From NCBI GenBank assembly GCA_973895155.1, contig OZ316891.1:22271168-22335167 (forward strand): a stretch of DNA of 64,000 nucleotides, in the 5' to 3' direction. The notes below the pieces were generated by a model. That model was not told the origin of the DNA and did not search any database. It saw only the letters and a program-made list of their open reading frames with translations. Numbering within the stretch: the first letter of the stretch is position 1; every line of letters begins with the position of its first letter. The translations under genes were made by a program, and so were the position numbers. Of this stretch, positions 36,161 to 49,347 are shown piece by piece. Origin of the DNA: Marsupella aquatica. Lineage: Eukaryota > Plantae > Marchantiophyta.

Positions 36161-38551
36161 TTACTAAACTATGGCTTTATTGCAATGTTTGTGTTGCACG
36201 TCTACAAAGTACTGATTTTAAAATTCACTCAATTATCCCCTGTGTGTGGTCCATCTCAGAGCGTTTCCTTACAGCTACTCAAATGTGACTTGGTCTACCA
36301 TATCCCATAAGTGTGAATATCTTGTTGGCATGCAATTGTGGTAGGATGGGCAACAAGACAGGAATGCATTTGTCCCAAGCACGTTGAAGGACGAGATATA
36401 CTCAATGTGCACAACTCAGCCCAAGATGCCAGTACCCTAAAGATTCTTGGTTGTATCCTGGTCCAGGTCAGAGTAGAGGAGGACTTCACAAAAAGTTGGG
36501 GCCCGTTGTCTTAGTTTTATTCCCTTTGAGAACTAATCCAGATGATGTAATGAGTGGAAAGGACTCCAGTTGGCTTTACATGAACTCCAGGGCCCATTAT
36601 GGTATGGTCTACCTATCCTAAATAGACAGCAGTGGGTTCAAGTAATGCTGACGTGGATTTTTATTTGTCGACAATTTTAGATCCCTCCAGACGTGGTCCA
36701 AACATTTTCAAACTTTGGCTCCTTTGTTCAAGGGATTTGCATTTATTGAATTTTATCTCAAAAGATTTGTTGTGTGGAATCTATCTCTCCAATAAGATGT
36801 GACCCTCCAGTTTGCTTTGGTGAGAAATAGTCACAAGTGTCCTCAATGTGTTGTAAAGCCACCAAGAAATTAACCATAGTGAACAAATGGTGACAAGCAC
36901 TGCCTTAGCCTGATTGTGCTTACTCTAGTGCTTACTTTTGGATAATGTGGTAGTAGCTAAGTGAAATCATGGTGTCATAAATTTATTGGCAGAACATCTC
37001 TACAAAGTTTGAATAGCTACTTGAAGGTGGCCACATAGAGAGAGATGAAGTATGCTTGAGATAATTTCATCATTGGCCACTGAGGCCTTTGGAACGAGAA
37101 AGAACATGAGGGCAGCCAGGAAAGCGCAACAGCAGATGGGAAGTGCGCTTCTCTTGTGTATATCTATCACTGATGCACTTTCTCTTGAGAAAGTGCTAGT
37201 TTCAATTCTGTCATTTTTTAATTTTTTTCCCTTGAAAGGAATACTTTACTTAGTGGACAAGTAAAACCCAGTAAAACGCGGGAGTAAAACGGCCAGACCA
37301 CATGCGGTCAAGGACCAAAAGTCACCTAGAGCCCAGACACATCCAAGCACGGGGACAACTGAAAAAGCAAGAGTTCTAGTTTCTGTCATTCTTTGGAGGC
37401 ATTGGCAATGGAGATGGCTCGCGATGTTGCTGCCCATGCTGCTGGAAATAAGGATGGGGCTGGGAAACTATTCCCTGGTAGAGTTTTTCTGTTTTCCTTT
37501 CAAGGTCATGGGCGTGTTGTCCACATTGTGTTTGGTAGTGCACTGAATAAAAAGTCCACCAAAGTTTATAAACCAAGAAAAAAAAAAACAAGAGTACAAT
37601 GAAACAAAATACAATGAAAGGAAATAAAGGTGGTCCAAAGAAAAAGAGTTCCAGTGAATGTTGAAGCAGGTGTTAGCCTGGACTGTGAGGTACCCGAGTA
37701 GTAATTTTGACTGCATTCCTTTCTCTGAATGCCCTCAGAACCTCACTTACTCATTAAAAAATATTTTAAAAACCTCAGTTACAAAGTGGAAAAGCATAAC
37801 GTGGAATTCTGGAGTCTACGTTCCGTACTCTACTCGGCACCCCACCGCCCGGGCCACCGCCATATGCCTGCCCGGCTGCAACCCCCCCCCCATCAGTCTG
37901 CCACGTTGCCCGTTGCCCATCCGGGTCCAGTCATCAGGTCATGAGTCATCACTCATCACAGCTGGGATCGGAATCGTCCACAGCACTCCCCTTACAGCGA
38001 CGGAGATCGACGGTCCAAACGATTGCGCCCAAAGTGGACCAGACAGCTCCGTATGCCGTACGGTTTCCGTGCCCGTTGACGTACGGTAATGCTAGGTGGC
38101 TTGTCTGCCCGTGTTTCTGCCCGTCTGGCATGGTGGGTCACGGGTTGCCGACTCTCTACTCTACTCGACTCTGCCCGCGGAGCGGAGCCGAGGGCAGTCA
38201 AAATACTTCTTGCGGAAAAGATTGGGGAAGAAATTTTGCTCTCTCTCCCTTTGAGCGGGCAGCCCAGATCTTGCCCGCGAAGGAGGCGAAGAACGACCGA
38301 CAAAGAACGTGCTTCTGAGTGCTGACCGGTGGGCTTGGCATGGCTCCAGCCGGGCCCTCCGATGAACACCAATCGAAAGGTTGTAAACTGCAGGCGTAGT
38401 GGATAGCGAAAGTCGGTGAACTTTGAATGGACCAGGGCAACCAAAACAAAACGTTTAGTTCATAACTACATTGAAGTGTCAATACTGTTTAATTGGATTT
38501 AAAGATATGTCACTTATTTTGTACATAGTTTGAGTTTGCTAGTGTGTTGAA

Positions 38552-38650
38552 GCTTTGGTGAACCCCACTTTGGGACAGGGCTTTGTTCAAGCTTTAACAC
38601 ACGAGTAACTTTTGAAGAAAGCCCCGTCCCAAAGTGGGGTTCACCAAAGC
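38552..38650. repeat. Short hairpin: 39-bp arms with 2 mismatches and a ~21-nt loop
   Basis: GCTTTGGTGAACCCCACTTTGGGACAGGGCTTTGTTCAA ... TTGAAGAAAGCCCCGTCCCAAAGTGGGGTTCACCAAAGC. Confidence 0.92.
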
Positions 38651-40745
38651 CCTTTGCACACAAAAAACTTTACAGTTAGAAAAATTGGACGTCTACCTCG
38701 TATAACCTAAATGGAGATGGGCAGGCTGGCAGCATCTAAAGTGGGACCCAACAATAGACCTGAATTAAATACCGGGTGACGTTGATAATCATAGTAGAAT
38801 GGACATGGACATTGTCAGCTAAATAGGGACATTTTGCAATCCTATTGAATGGATGACAAGTGAGAAAGATGAGAATAGTTTCTTTTGAGACACTTCTCCA
38901 CACATTGCGTCAAAGGTTGTAACTTTAGGGTTCTTTCAGTTGGGTTCAAACTCCAATCGAAATTATATTTTGTATGGAGATGAGGAAATGGATTTGGGAG
39001 GGTTTTGCCAGATGTGTGGCTTTGGTTTTTTGGTTGGAATTTTCTCCCATTTCCTCAAAATTGTTTTGATAGAATGTTAAAATGAAAAATAATGCAAATG
39101 CAAAATTAACCATTACCAGCATCTCATTGACAGTAGTTGGAGTAGCATGATAGACCTGAACCTCAACTTGATTGAAGTCTACTTGCCCATCTACTTGGTA
39201 TTTAAATCAATGTAATTTCTTTGTAACATTATAAAACCAAGTCATACCGGCCCGATAATGCCAGGAAAGGTCGCTGCAGGGCAGACAACTGTTTTTGGCA
39301 GAAGTCGGGCACAACACAGTGGCCCTCACCCTTTTATGGCTGGCTCTTGATTTTTGATGGGAGCCCGGGTTCCCACTGATGCATTCATATGTATTTTAAA
39401 GTGACAATGGTCAGGACCATCTTCTATGTTTTACTTCCTCAGGTGAGCAAACACACCACTATTGTTCATGTAAGCCAATCTTGTGCAATGTGCGGGGCAA
39501 TGTGGAGGTGTAACATCTTTGAAAATGAACCTACTCTAATTAATGTAGACATTGGGAGCAAAGTCCATTTGGAAACTCATTCCTAGCGTTGAGACAGGGA
39601 GATTGGATAGGCCTTACATAAAGCACATACTGCTGTAAGCCCCAACTATTCTTTGAATGCCTTTCAATTCAAAATGGCAAGCCACACAATTTCTCTTTTA
39701 TTGTCCAACTAGCCAAAATAATGTATGTACATTGCACAATACAGTCTGTAGTAAGTGATGTTGAAGGGAAGAGTTGTTGAGCATAAGTTAGATGGCCAGG
39801 TAGTTGCATATTGGAAGGAGTCTGTGAGTCGGCCTGGCAACTGGACTTCAACGAGTGTGTGAGCTGCCAGGAGAGTGACAGGTTGGGTGCAAACAAGGTG
39901 CACACTGACATATACCTTCAGGCCCATCTCATGGTTACAAAAAAATGTCACCATAATTGAACCGCCAGGGACGTTTCTCGACATAATAATATTTTGTAAA
40001 TAGGCCATATGAGAGAAGAGCCAGATTATAATGTTAATCAATATCCATAAAATGACTCATCCTAGTGCTTTAAGCAACGTTCAATACTCCCATGAAATCA
40101 GGAGATGCTACAGTCCTTGAGATGTTAGGGTCAATCCTATACAGTACTTGCTACTCGTGGAGCCTGAGGATTCAATCTAAAGTATCTTGATCATGCTCCA
40201 ATTTGAATCCATCAATTGTATATTAGCAAGAAACTTAGGCCCACCTCTGGATGAATCCAGTGGACTTGCACTTGTGCGGCTATCTCGGGTTTGTTGTTGA
40301 CCTTATTGTTGTCAGGTTTTTTGCTTCTTTGCCAATAAAAGTTTGGTTTGAAAGTAAAATCAGCTAAGGGGGGGGGGAAACAGAGTTTTTGCAATTTTGA
40401 TCATTCATGCTCAAGACCTAGTGCTCCAATCAACATATAGTTGCAACTATTGTTTGAATCCTCTATGAATTCTGAAGCAATCTCTTTGCCATCAGGGTGC
40501 ATAATGAACTATTTTTCTTGTGTTATAAAGTGGGGTTTCCCCATCCAAGCCATCCAACCAATTGCATGGTTGTTTTGCTCAGGGTTTCTCCTCATTAAAG
40601 AGCAAGGTCCATCATAATCTTTAAAGGAAAGGCAAATCCCTGCTCCTGTCGTTGTAGATAGAATAAAAAAATTATATGGCCATTGACACCCTGTGGCTTG
40701 CCCTTTTGTATGTAGTAAAGTACTGTTACTATATTAATTCTACAG

Positions 40746-40968
40746 ATTTTAGTAAAAGTACGGGAGAACTATCATAATGAGCTGATCCAAATCTTTACTA
40801 TCCATTGTTCTCCAATAATACCCTGAAAAATACAACAAGAAAAATCACAAAGGGTTTGGGGTCTAGATGATTTCTTCTCTTTGTATTTATTTGGCAATAT
40901 TGGAGAAAAAAGCACATCAAGATTTGGATCACCTCATTATGGAAATTATCCTCTATATTTACTAAAAT
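40746..40968. mobile_element. Degenerate inverted repeat (old MITE-like)
   Basis: ATTTTAGTAAA pairs with TTTACTAAAAT, ATAATGAG.TGATCCAAATCT with AGATTTGGATCA.CTCATTAT, and TTCTCCAATA with TATTGGAGAA. Confidence 0.7.
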
Positions 40969-40997
40969 TAGTAAAAAAAAAAATCTCTTAAGCCTCT

Positions 40998-41245
40998 AAG
41001 TGTATTAAGGTCCAGTTTCCATAATATCATGGGCAATAATGGTCCCTCAAAACTTGAGCTCAAGCCCTCGTATTTTGGGGCATTGTTACCCACAATATCA
41101 TGTAAACAGCACTTTACTGTACACAATAACCCTTGTTTCCAGTACAATTTCCACCAGGGCATTGTGGACTACTTTTGCCCTTTGTCCAAGTTTTGAGTGA
41201 CCATTATTGTCCATAATGCCCTAGTAACAAGGTATTAATACACTT
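40998..41245. mobile_element. Second degenerate inverted repeat directly adjacent (old MITE-like)
   Basis: AAGTGTATTAA pairs with TTAATACACTT, and GGGCAATAATGGTCCCTCAAAACTTG with CAAGTTTTGAGTGACCATTATTGTCC. Confidence 0.65.
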
Positions 41246-42249
41246 TAATCCCTTCAAGATTAGATGTTCACTCCTATTAGTTCTGGTTCTACTTTCTTCA
41301 TACTGAAGACAAACCCGAATACCCAAATTCATGGAGATTCAATGTTTACTGTTTTACAAGAGACAACTACATTGCCACTAACTATGCCTGAAAAATTGCC
41401 ATTGGTTTTGTTGTATTCACAAATATGTCACGGTCTTCCGCATATTCTCACCCTGGCTAGTTACTTTGTTAAGCTTATCATTTTTATACTAAACCATGAC
41501 ATATTTGTAAATACAAATAAAGCTATGACACTATTATCTTTAGTGTCAAAGTAATTAAAAATTGATAGGACAAATCTCCAAATGCCTTGCCGAGCCTGTG
41601 ATTGGCATTCTACAGAAAATTACAAAGAGGGCAATTTTGAAAGGATTCAAGTTTCAACTTTGTCTTTTCTACTGGTTTAGAAAAACTGCCCTTTCAACTT
41701 TCAAGCGGAAAACTCAGAAACAATTCTGGTCAACCTCATGGTTGGAGGGATTGCTTCACCCAATGACTATCAAACATATGCATTTGACAACTCAGCACTT
41801 CAATTCTTGCACCAACTTCTTATCTCCTTTTTTGGTTCTCTCTCGGTTTGTGTGAGGAATCCTTGGAAGGAGACCAAGTGTGGACACCTGTACAACCTAC
41901 TACTACTATTATTATCATTGTTGTTGTTGTTTTCAATAGAGGTGTTCACATGCACCGTCCATAGTGAATACTGGCATCTGGGTCCAGTCCCCAAATTGTA
42001 AGTGGGGTCTCTACTCCATGTACTGAATTTGATTGCAGTGTAGTGCTTTCCAGAAGATAATTCATAGGGTGTTGTTGTTTTGATTTTTCTTGAACACCGA
42101 TTACCCTCTGCCATACATCTCCATCCAAGGCAATGCTTTGTTTCCCAAGATGATTTCTGCAGAGATGGTTTCAGACATGATTTTGAGCTCATTTGAGACC
42201 CATTTAGGTCTGCCTCATGTTTGACTAGCCACAAATGTCCTCCTGGAGA

Positions 42250-43220
42250 TTCTGAGATATATGCTTGATGGGCTCCTGTGAACCTTTCTTATCTGATGGG
42301 CCCCTAGGTAACTTTTTTTACCAAATAGGACCCCTCTTAATGACCAGTACACCTGTTCTTGTGAGGTGCCTACACCTGTCCTTGTGTGATGCCTACTATG
42401 GATGGTGACTCCAAGCAAACTGCACAGTTGAACCGTGCGATCGACTTTACATGGTCGACCGAGAAACCATAGAGATTATTCGTGAGAAACCGTGAAAAGC
42501 GACTGTCGCTGTCGAAACTGCGATTTGAAGACAATATGCATTATGTCTTCGAATTCACTGGGTTAATGCCTAAAGACACAATGGATTATGTCTTCGGGTT
42601 CAAATTTTTACCGTATCGTGGGGTAGTTATTAGGTATGTTTTTCACGTTGCGCACATGGGTTTTTCGTGATGTTTTCATGCACGACTGTCAGTGTCAGTG
42701 TGGGGTACCTCCAAATGTCCACAAAGAATATTCAAGTTCAATGTTCGGAATTTGCCTACTGCCGCCACAACAAAAATTGGCAAATGATTGACAAAATGAT
42801 AATACTCCCCTATGCAATGCATACAAACAATTTCAAAAGAAGACAGACCCAAAGGTGTCGGGGTACACCCTAAACCCTAAACCTTGAAACACGGGAAAAC
42901 ATAATCCATTGAGTCTTCAGGCATTAACCCATTGAATCCGAAGACATAATGCATATTGTCTTCAAATCATAGTTTCGACAACGGCAATCACTTTTCGCGG
43001 TTTCTCTCGAATCATCTTCGTGGTTTCTCGGTTGACCATGCAAGGTTGACCGCACGATTCAACTGTGCAGTTTGCTTGGAGTCACCATACATAATAGGCA
43101 CCACACAAAAACAGGTGTACTGGTCATTAAGAGGGGTCCTACTTGGTAAAAAAAGTTATCTAGGGGCCCATCAGGTAAGAAAGGTTCACCAGGGGGCCCA
43201 TCAAGCATATATCTCTGGAA
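42250..43220. mobile_element. Foldback element with ~340-bp inverted arms and a ~300-bp interior
   Basis: 42254-42595 (GAGATATATGCTTGATGGG...GGACCCCTCTTAATGACCAGTACACCTGTT...GACTCCAAGCAAACTGCACAGTTGAA...GATTTGAAGACAATATGCATTATGTCTTCG...CAATGGATTATGT) is the reverse complement of 42898-43215. The ORF track shows the mirrored peptide QVYWSLRGVLxGKKSYLGAHQ on both strands. Confidence 0.9.
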
Positions 43221-46200
43221 ATTCTGCTGGCTGCTCTGCATGGCTTTTTGTCAATTTACCATTACACTCTTTGAAGATCCTCTGTTTTGGGGCTTTAGGG
43301 TTTAGGGTCTTACAAATCTATTGGTTTTTAGGGTTCCCGTGCGCTTCTTCATTCATTTTCCTGCTTCCTTTTGGCACCTTGCCTCTTAGTTGTTCTTTGG
43401 GCTCCCCCTCAACATGGATTCTCTTGGGCTATTTCCTCCTGTACCCTTGCAATGATTCTCTTAGGGTGGCTTTATAAGATGTCGAGGACACTAGCGACTT
43501 TCTTTCACCAAAACAAACTGGAGAGCCACTTCATGTTCTAACGACGGGCTCCACACTGAAAGTCTTTTGAATCAAGGTTCAATAACTGCAAATAATGTGA
43601 ACAAAGGAGCCAAACTTTGGAAATGTTGGACCACCTCCCAAGTAGTCCAAAATTGTAGAGAATTGAACACTCCACATCAACACTTCCTTGGGTCCACTAC
43701 TTACCGCATAGGACAATGGACACTGTACTTGGGCCCCAGTTCTTGTAAAACCAATTGCAGCAGTTTCCACTAATCATATGGCAGTTCAATGATTATGAAA
43801 AAAACAATTCGTTCTCCACTTCTCCATATCCACTTCCCAATATTTGGGATATGTTAGAGCCATTGAATATCATATGTAAAGCGCTAATGATTATCTATGG
43901 GCAGCAGGACACCGGGCAAAAAAAAGTCACTTGAGAGTATTGTTCCAGCCAACTGTCTCTAGAATTTGCCTCTCCCCACGCACGAAAAAATGTACAACAC
44001 TCAATAAACAAACATGGACTTGATTCTCAGGTGGGGTTGCTCTCCTGAAAAAAGCCTAGCTATGATGGACCACAGCATTTGACAGAAAGTTCTATAAAGT
44101 ATTGGTACCAGGTGTAATATTTTTCAAACATTGTTTGAACCTAAATAGTATTATTCCTTTTTATAAATAATCTCATTTATAGGTGTCGAAAGCTGTTAGA
44201 TCTATCCGAGTTGGCTTATTTTATTTTGTGATCTATCCCAATTGTACTAAGAAAAGATGCCAATCAAGTGAAAAATACAGCTTGGTCCACTCGAGGTCCT
44301 TAGTTAATTTCTTCCAACCCATCAAGCACAAAGAAGTATAAATTTTTGTGAAAGAATATTAGGGGTATTTGAATCCTATTTTGATAATTAGAAGAATTAT
44401 AGGATTTTAAAACCAAAGCTACGAATATTCCCTAAATTTAGGGATAGAAATAGTTTAACAACCTTTTTTCTTATTTTTGGGGCGTCTGTTACCCCCAAAA
44501 GTTGCATATGATAGTGAGACCTCCTGAGATGGTACATATGAGGCCCCAAGATGCTCCAAATAAGTTATATTGGTCAATTGAAGAATGTTGTCCAACATGA
44601 TGGTCCACGTGGGCTAGAGTTGCAGAGAGGAACATAATAGCTTGCTTCCGGGAAACGCATACTTTTCTTTTTGGAAAGGGGGGAGGAAAACCATTCAGGT
44701 CACATTCGTGGAAAAGTGATTTATTACAACATTTGAATCCCATTGTTAGATGCTGCCCCCACCCCCTTCGGTTTCCATTTAATGATAAGAGAATGACATC
44801 CAATTCTTATCAGTGTCAAGTCTTTTGTGTACAACGGGCTTTGGTGAACCCCTTTGGCAAAGGAATGAGGGTTTGTGCAAAACTTTGTTCAATTTTAAGA
44901 GTGAACTCAAAACCTCAATTGCCACAATGAGTGCTCTTAACATAGGGCTAAGCTTGCCGGAAGACTGATGTCGAGCAAACTCCACGGATTAGTGCACCAT
45001 AATTACATTCATAAATCTGAAGACATACACACTCATGTTGTCAGCTTTTGTGCCCAATGGGCAGCACACAATAATAGACATTATTGAGTTGTAGGACCGG
45101 ATGGACAACATGCACGACGATAGTGGCCATTAATGAATGATGGGCTCCAATGGACAATAAGTGAATTTCCCTAGTTGAGAATGGAAAACCAATTCGGCCA
45201 AAATTATTGATCGACTTGTCTGTTTGAGTCATTCACGGTGAGCTATAGTAGTGCTTGTGGACAGCAGGCAACAACACAAATATGCCCCTTTTGCATGGCA
45301 TTTTCAAATGTTTTTGATGCATGAGTGACAGGTTACAACACTCTTATTGGAGGGGCACACTTGGCTGATTTAGAAGAAATTATTTTCACTGATTTTAATT
45401 TATTTTGAACTTGGGGTAGGAAAATGCAAGAAAAATTCCCTATTTGATAACTGAAAAGACTCACTTCTCAAAGGAGCTAACATGCGAGACCTGCGTTAGG
45501 GAAGGAGGGGATAGGGGCTATGGGGAGGAGGGGCAGAGAGGAGGGCTACCAAAAGGAGGGACAAGGGGCTATGGCTGGAGGGGTAGGGGCTAACTGGAGG
45601 AGGGCTCCCGGGAGGGCTATGGAGCTGTGGGCTGGAGGAGTAAGGGAGGAAGGGCTACCGAGCATGAAGAGCTACGGGGAGGAAGGGTACACGGGGAAGA
45701 GGGCTATGGGCAGGAAGCCTCAAGACTAAAAGGCAGGATGGCTATTGGAAGGAGGGCGATGGGATTAGCGGGCAGGTTAGAGGGCAGACGAGCCATGGTG
45801 TAGGAGGGCTATGCATCTTGGTAGGAAGGCAGGCTGAAGTATACCAAATGGTGGAGGGTACTGCTGGTGGTGAGAACCAAATGGAAATGCAGAAGAAATA
45901 ACGTGCTAAGCACCGAAACATCACTAGGTCTGAGCGTGCAATCTGAGAACAAAAGCTTAGCTTAGTGAGGAAAGAAATTGGTAAGTGTTCTTCCTCATTC
46001 CCGTTCAAAGACAAGAGAACAATTGTCAGCCAAAGTCACAAAAATGGACATGTTGCACAATAGCCATGAAATTCTAAATACTCAGTGTCCATTTACTTTG
46101 TACAATTGCGTGTTTCAATTTTTACAGATGTCTGCATCTGTAAAACTGAACCAGGCAATTCCTTGTCCCCAAGCACTAGTGTATGTAGTATAGTAGTAAA

Positions 46201-47152
46201 CTAGAATACGTTAATTATGACCGCTCCTTTTGACACTCGTGTGAGTCCCTTTTCGTGCTTTGCATGGAGTCCACTTTTTCCTTCTTTGTGGTGGTCAAGT
46301 GTAGCCTAGTTAGTCTGGTCTAATCTAGCCTAGTCAAGTCTTTGGTACAGTCCAGAAAGCCAGTAGCATAGCTGATCTGGGTCTACTGTCGTCAAGTCTG
46401 ATTCTGGGCAGGAAGAGTACGGTAGGGGACCATAGCCAAAAGTTTATAATTTTCCTTTCAAAGTCCCTAGTCAAAAGTTAGTATTTTTTTGGTACAAAAT
46501 AGATCATTTCTATAGTTCAACACCAGTAGTATTTTTTATTCTTAGTTTAGAGGATCTTCCCCTAACGGCAATCTCACGTAAATTGAAACTTTGAAAACTC
46601 CTAAAAGACCCCAATAAGAGCCACTCGCATGTGAGGGTCCTAAGAAATGCTGCCCTTCAGCTGCAGCAAAATATTAGGCAAAAAGGAGATCTCAAATAAT
46701 GACAAGCAGCCACTAGGCCAATCACTTGACTACGAGAAGGCAGAAAATGAAAGGTCTGGAAAGTTTCTGGCCCTTGCCCTAGGGACCCCATAAAAATTGG
46801 CATCAGGCTTGGCATAGGAGGGGGATGTGGCAGAAAACTCTCCTCCATACATATTGTGACATAACTGAAGTTTAGGACCAAAGTTTTTACTAGCCTTCAC
46901 ATGCACCTTGGGTCTTAGATTAAACCTTTGAAAACCCCAAAAATTCCCCAATAAGGATTCAACTATTGTACAATTTCTTCTATATACAAAGCCAGTAACC
47001 AAACTATGAGCATTCCTGAAACCCAATAGCATTCCAATGAGTATATTACACCTGATTTTTTGCACTTTCTTAATTGGATTTGGTCAACACCCTTCAAGTA
47101 CCAAAACCCCCTTGGTTGGAGATGCTCTTACAAACCACTACCAAAAAATAAG

Positions 47153-47331
47153 CGAGGGACTCAACTTTCCAATAATTACTCATTTTTTGGGCGACCCTGA
47201 TTGTCCACTACAATTTCAATGATCATTTATTTCGTTCCCAAAAAATATGTGGGAGGGACTCAAATTTCCAATAATCAATCATTTTTTTTGGGCGACCCTG
47301 ATTGTCCCCTACAATCAATAATCATTTATTT
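47153..47331. repeat. ~80-bp direct duplication at a ~100-bp period
   Basis: GAGGGACTCAA.TTTCCAATAAT....CATTTTTTGGGCGACCCTGATTGTCC.CTACAAT...ATCATTTATTT occurs twice. Confidence 0.85.
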
Positions 47332-49347
47332 TCCTTCCCTACTGTAGTCTGATTGAATATCTGACCCGGGTCCACTATAGGGAAGTCTCAGTCTGATTCT
47401 GCCATTCTGGGCACGAAGAGTACTGTACACTGTGGGCAGGAAGTCGTTCACTGTGGGCAGTAAAGTCGTTGCCCTCTAGCAGAGAAAAGCAAGGCAAGCT
47501 TGGCAGAGTGTGATTCGTTCTGTCCCCCTTGGTGGATGTCTACCTCCTTCTTTTCCTCGTGTGATGATGATGAGTAAGAGATTGCTACCCTGTCATTTTC
47601 TTCGTCGTTCGATTCACTGCTCAGCTCTCCTGGTTCTCGTCCTCTTGCCCATCTTCAAAATTCCCGTGAGATCTCACCCGACACCCTCCCTCCCTTGGCT
47701 GGCTGGTCTTGGATGAGATCATTTCGAGCATCTCCAATTTCCCGAGGTTGCCCCCGGACCAGCGGTGCACAGTAGCTTGCTTAACGTTTAGTCCAGCACA
47801 ATCATCTGCATCTATTTCCGCACTCGGACTGAATCTAGTTTCGCTCTTCGTGGTCTCCAATCCCCCTCACTCTGTGATTTCTGGCGGTCTTTCAGGAGCA
47901 TCCAGAGCTTTACTAGATTCCGTAGAATCAGCCTTTTCCTAGTCGTTGCTTTGCCAAAAAGACTGCCTTGGTTTGGCCCACGATTTTCCCAGAGTGGGCC
48001 GCTGAACAGACACAACGAATACAGTAGTGTGCCTGTGCTGCCAGCCCTGCCCCTGCCACTCTTGCCCCCTGCTCTGCCTTGGCCTGCCCTAGCCTAGCCT
48101 AGCTTAGCCTACTGGTCCCTTGCTTGCAGTCTGGCCTACTGCCCTGCTGACCTGCTCATCACTTCACAGTTCAGACCCAGACGCAAAAAGGTGGAAATCT
48201 TTCAGATATCTCTCGAGTTTGTCTCGACATTGGAGGCGGAGCAGTGATAATTATGAGACAGGATCCGGTGCTGCAAGAGAGAGCGCTGTAGCTGTGCATT
48301 CGGTTCGTTTCCTTCTCTTTGTTGCCTTGAGAACCACCATCTCTGTGGATCAGCCTCACTAGTCGATGACCCCTGTATCACACACATAGGAGCGTGCTGC
48401 TGCGTTCGTTTTGGAAAGAGAGTCCTTGTCTTCCATTATTCTGCTGTTTCTCGATCTGTCTCGGGTTTCGCTCTGTGCTCGGGCCTCCATCGATTCGATT
48501 CGGTTGAACTGTTTTCGTTAGATCACCGATTAACTGGTTTGACGACGTCCCAACCGTATCTCGTGAAGATGGAACGTCCCGTGAATTCGCAACAGTCGTA
48601 ACGCTCTCAAGACTGAAGTGTTCCAGATCTGCTTCTGTCATTTTCGTCTCCTCGGCTTGCCTTTAAACGGCGCACTTGGCACAGAACGGCCGACGATTCT
48701 GAGGAGACCAGTGCTCTATTCGCCATCGTCTGAGAGGTCGTATCAGCATGAGGTAACGAGATTCAGCCTGTGGAGGTAACTGTGGAATACTGAATGCACC
48801 GACAACAGAATGTTTTCTAATGATTCCAATTCATGAGAGTCATCCTCATTGCAGATAGAGGCCTTTAACCTTCAAGGCGTGTGGATGAGGTTATAACGTA
48901 GTCACCTGGCATACCAAATTTGTCAGTGAACCAGGAGTTGAGGCTGAGCTGGTTCACAGACTGGCATGGGCTGGAAGATGGGTGTTCTGATAGTTAGTTC
49001 TATGGACCCGCTACGGTAGTCGAAAAGACGCAGGCATAGTGATCAAGATGAGAAGACTTAGTGGAACTCTTCGTTGTATGAACATGTTTTCTTCAAGTCA
49101 CATGGGTGTCACGAAGTTAGGATCCGGATGGGTTATCGTCGTTTTCTGTTGCAAGCTTCTCTTTCGCTTTTCGGATCCGTTTGGTGGGATGGGTAGGCAT
49201 TTTATGTACAAGGGTGCTGTGAATTTGGGATGCAGAATGTTCTTGGGGATGGCTTATCTCAAAATTTCTCTTTCGGTTGATTGCAGATAGGAGGTGGTTG
49301 CGTTGGACGTTGAGCTGAGCTGACCTTATCTTCTTCGATCCGCAAAT

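Noticed and set aside
42956-43477. 173-aa ORF and its mirrored peptide at 42215-42418
   Set aside because: Both derive from the two arms of the foldback element and show no protein family signal.
43400-45400. Possible decayed transposase fragments here and at 39000-40600
   Set aside because: Only short, stop-riddled ORFs are present, and I could not recognise DDE, RT, helicase or zinc-finger motifs. This needs BLASTX.
45490-45810. G-rich GGGCTA-type repeats with a short ORF
   Set aside because: Low-complexity sequence with no coding evidence.
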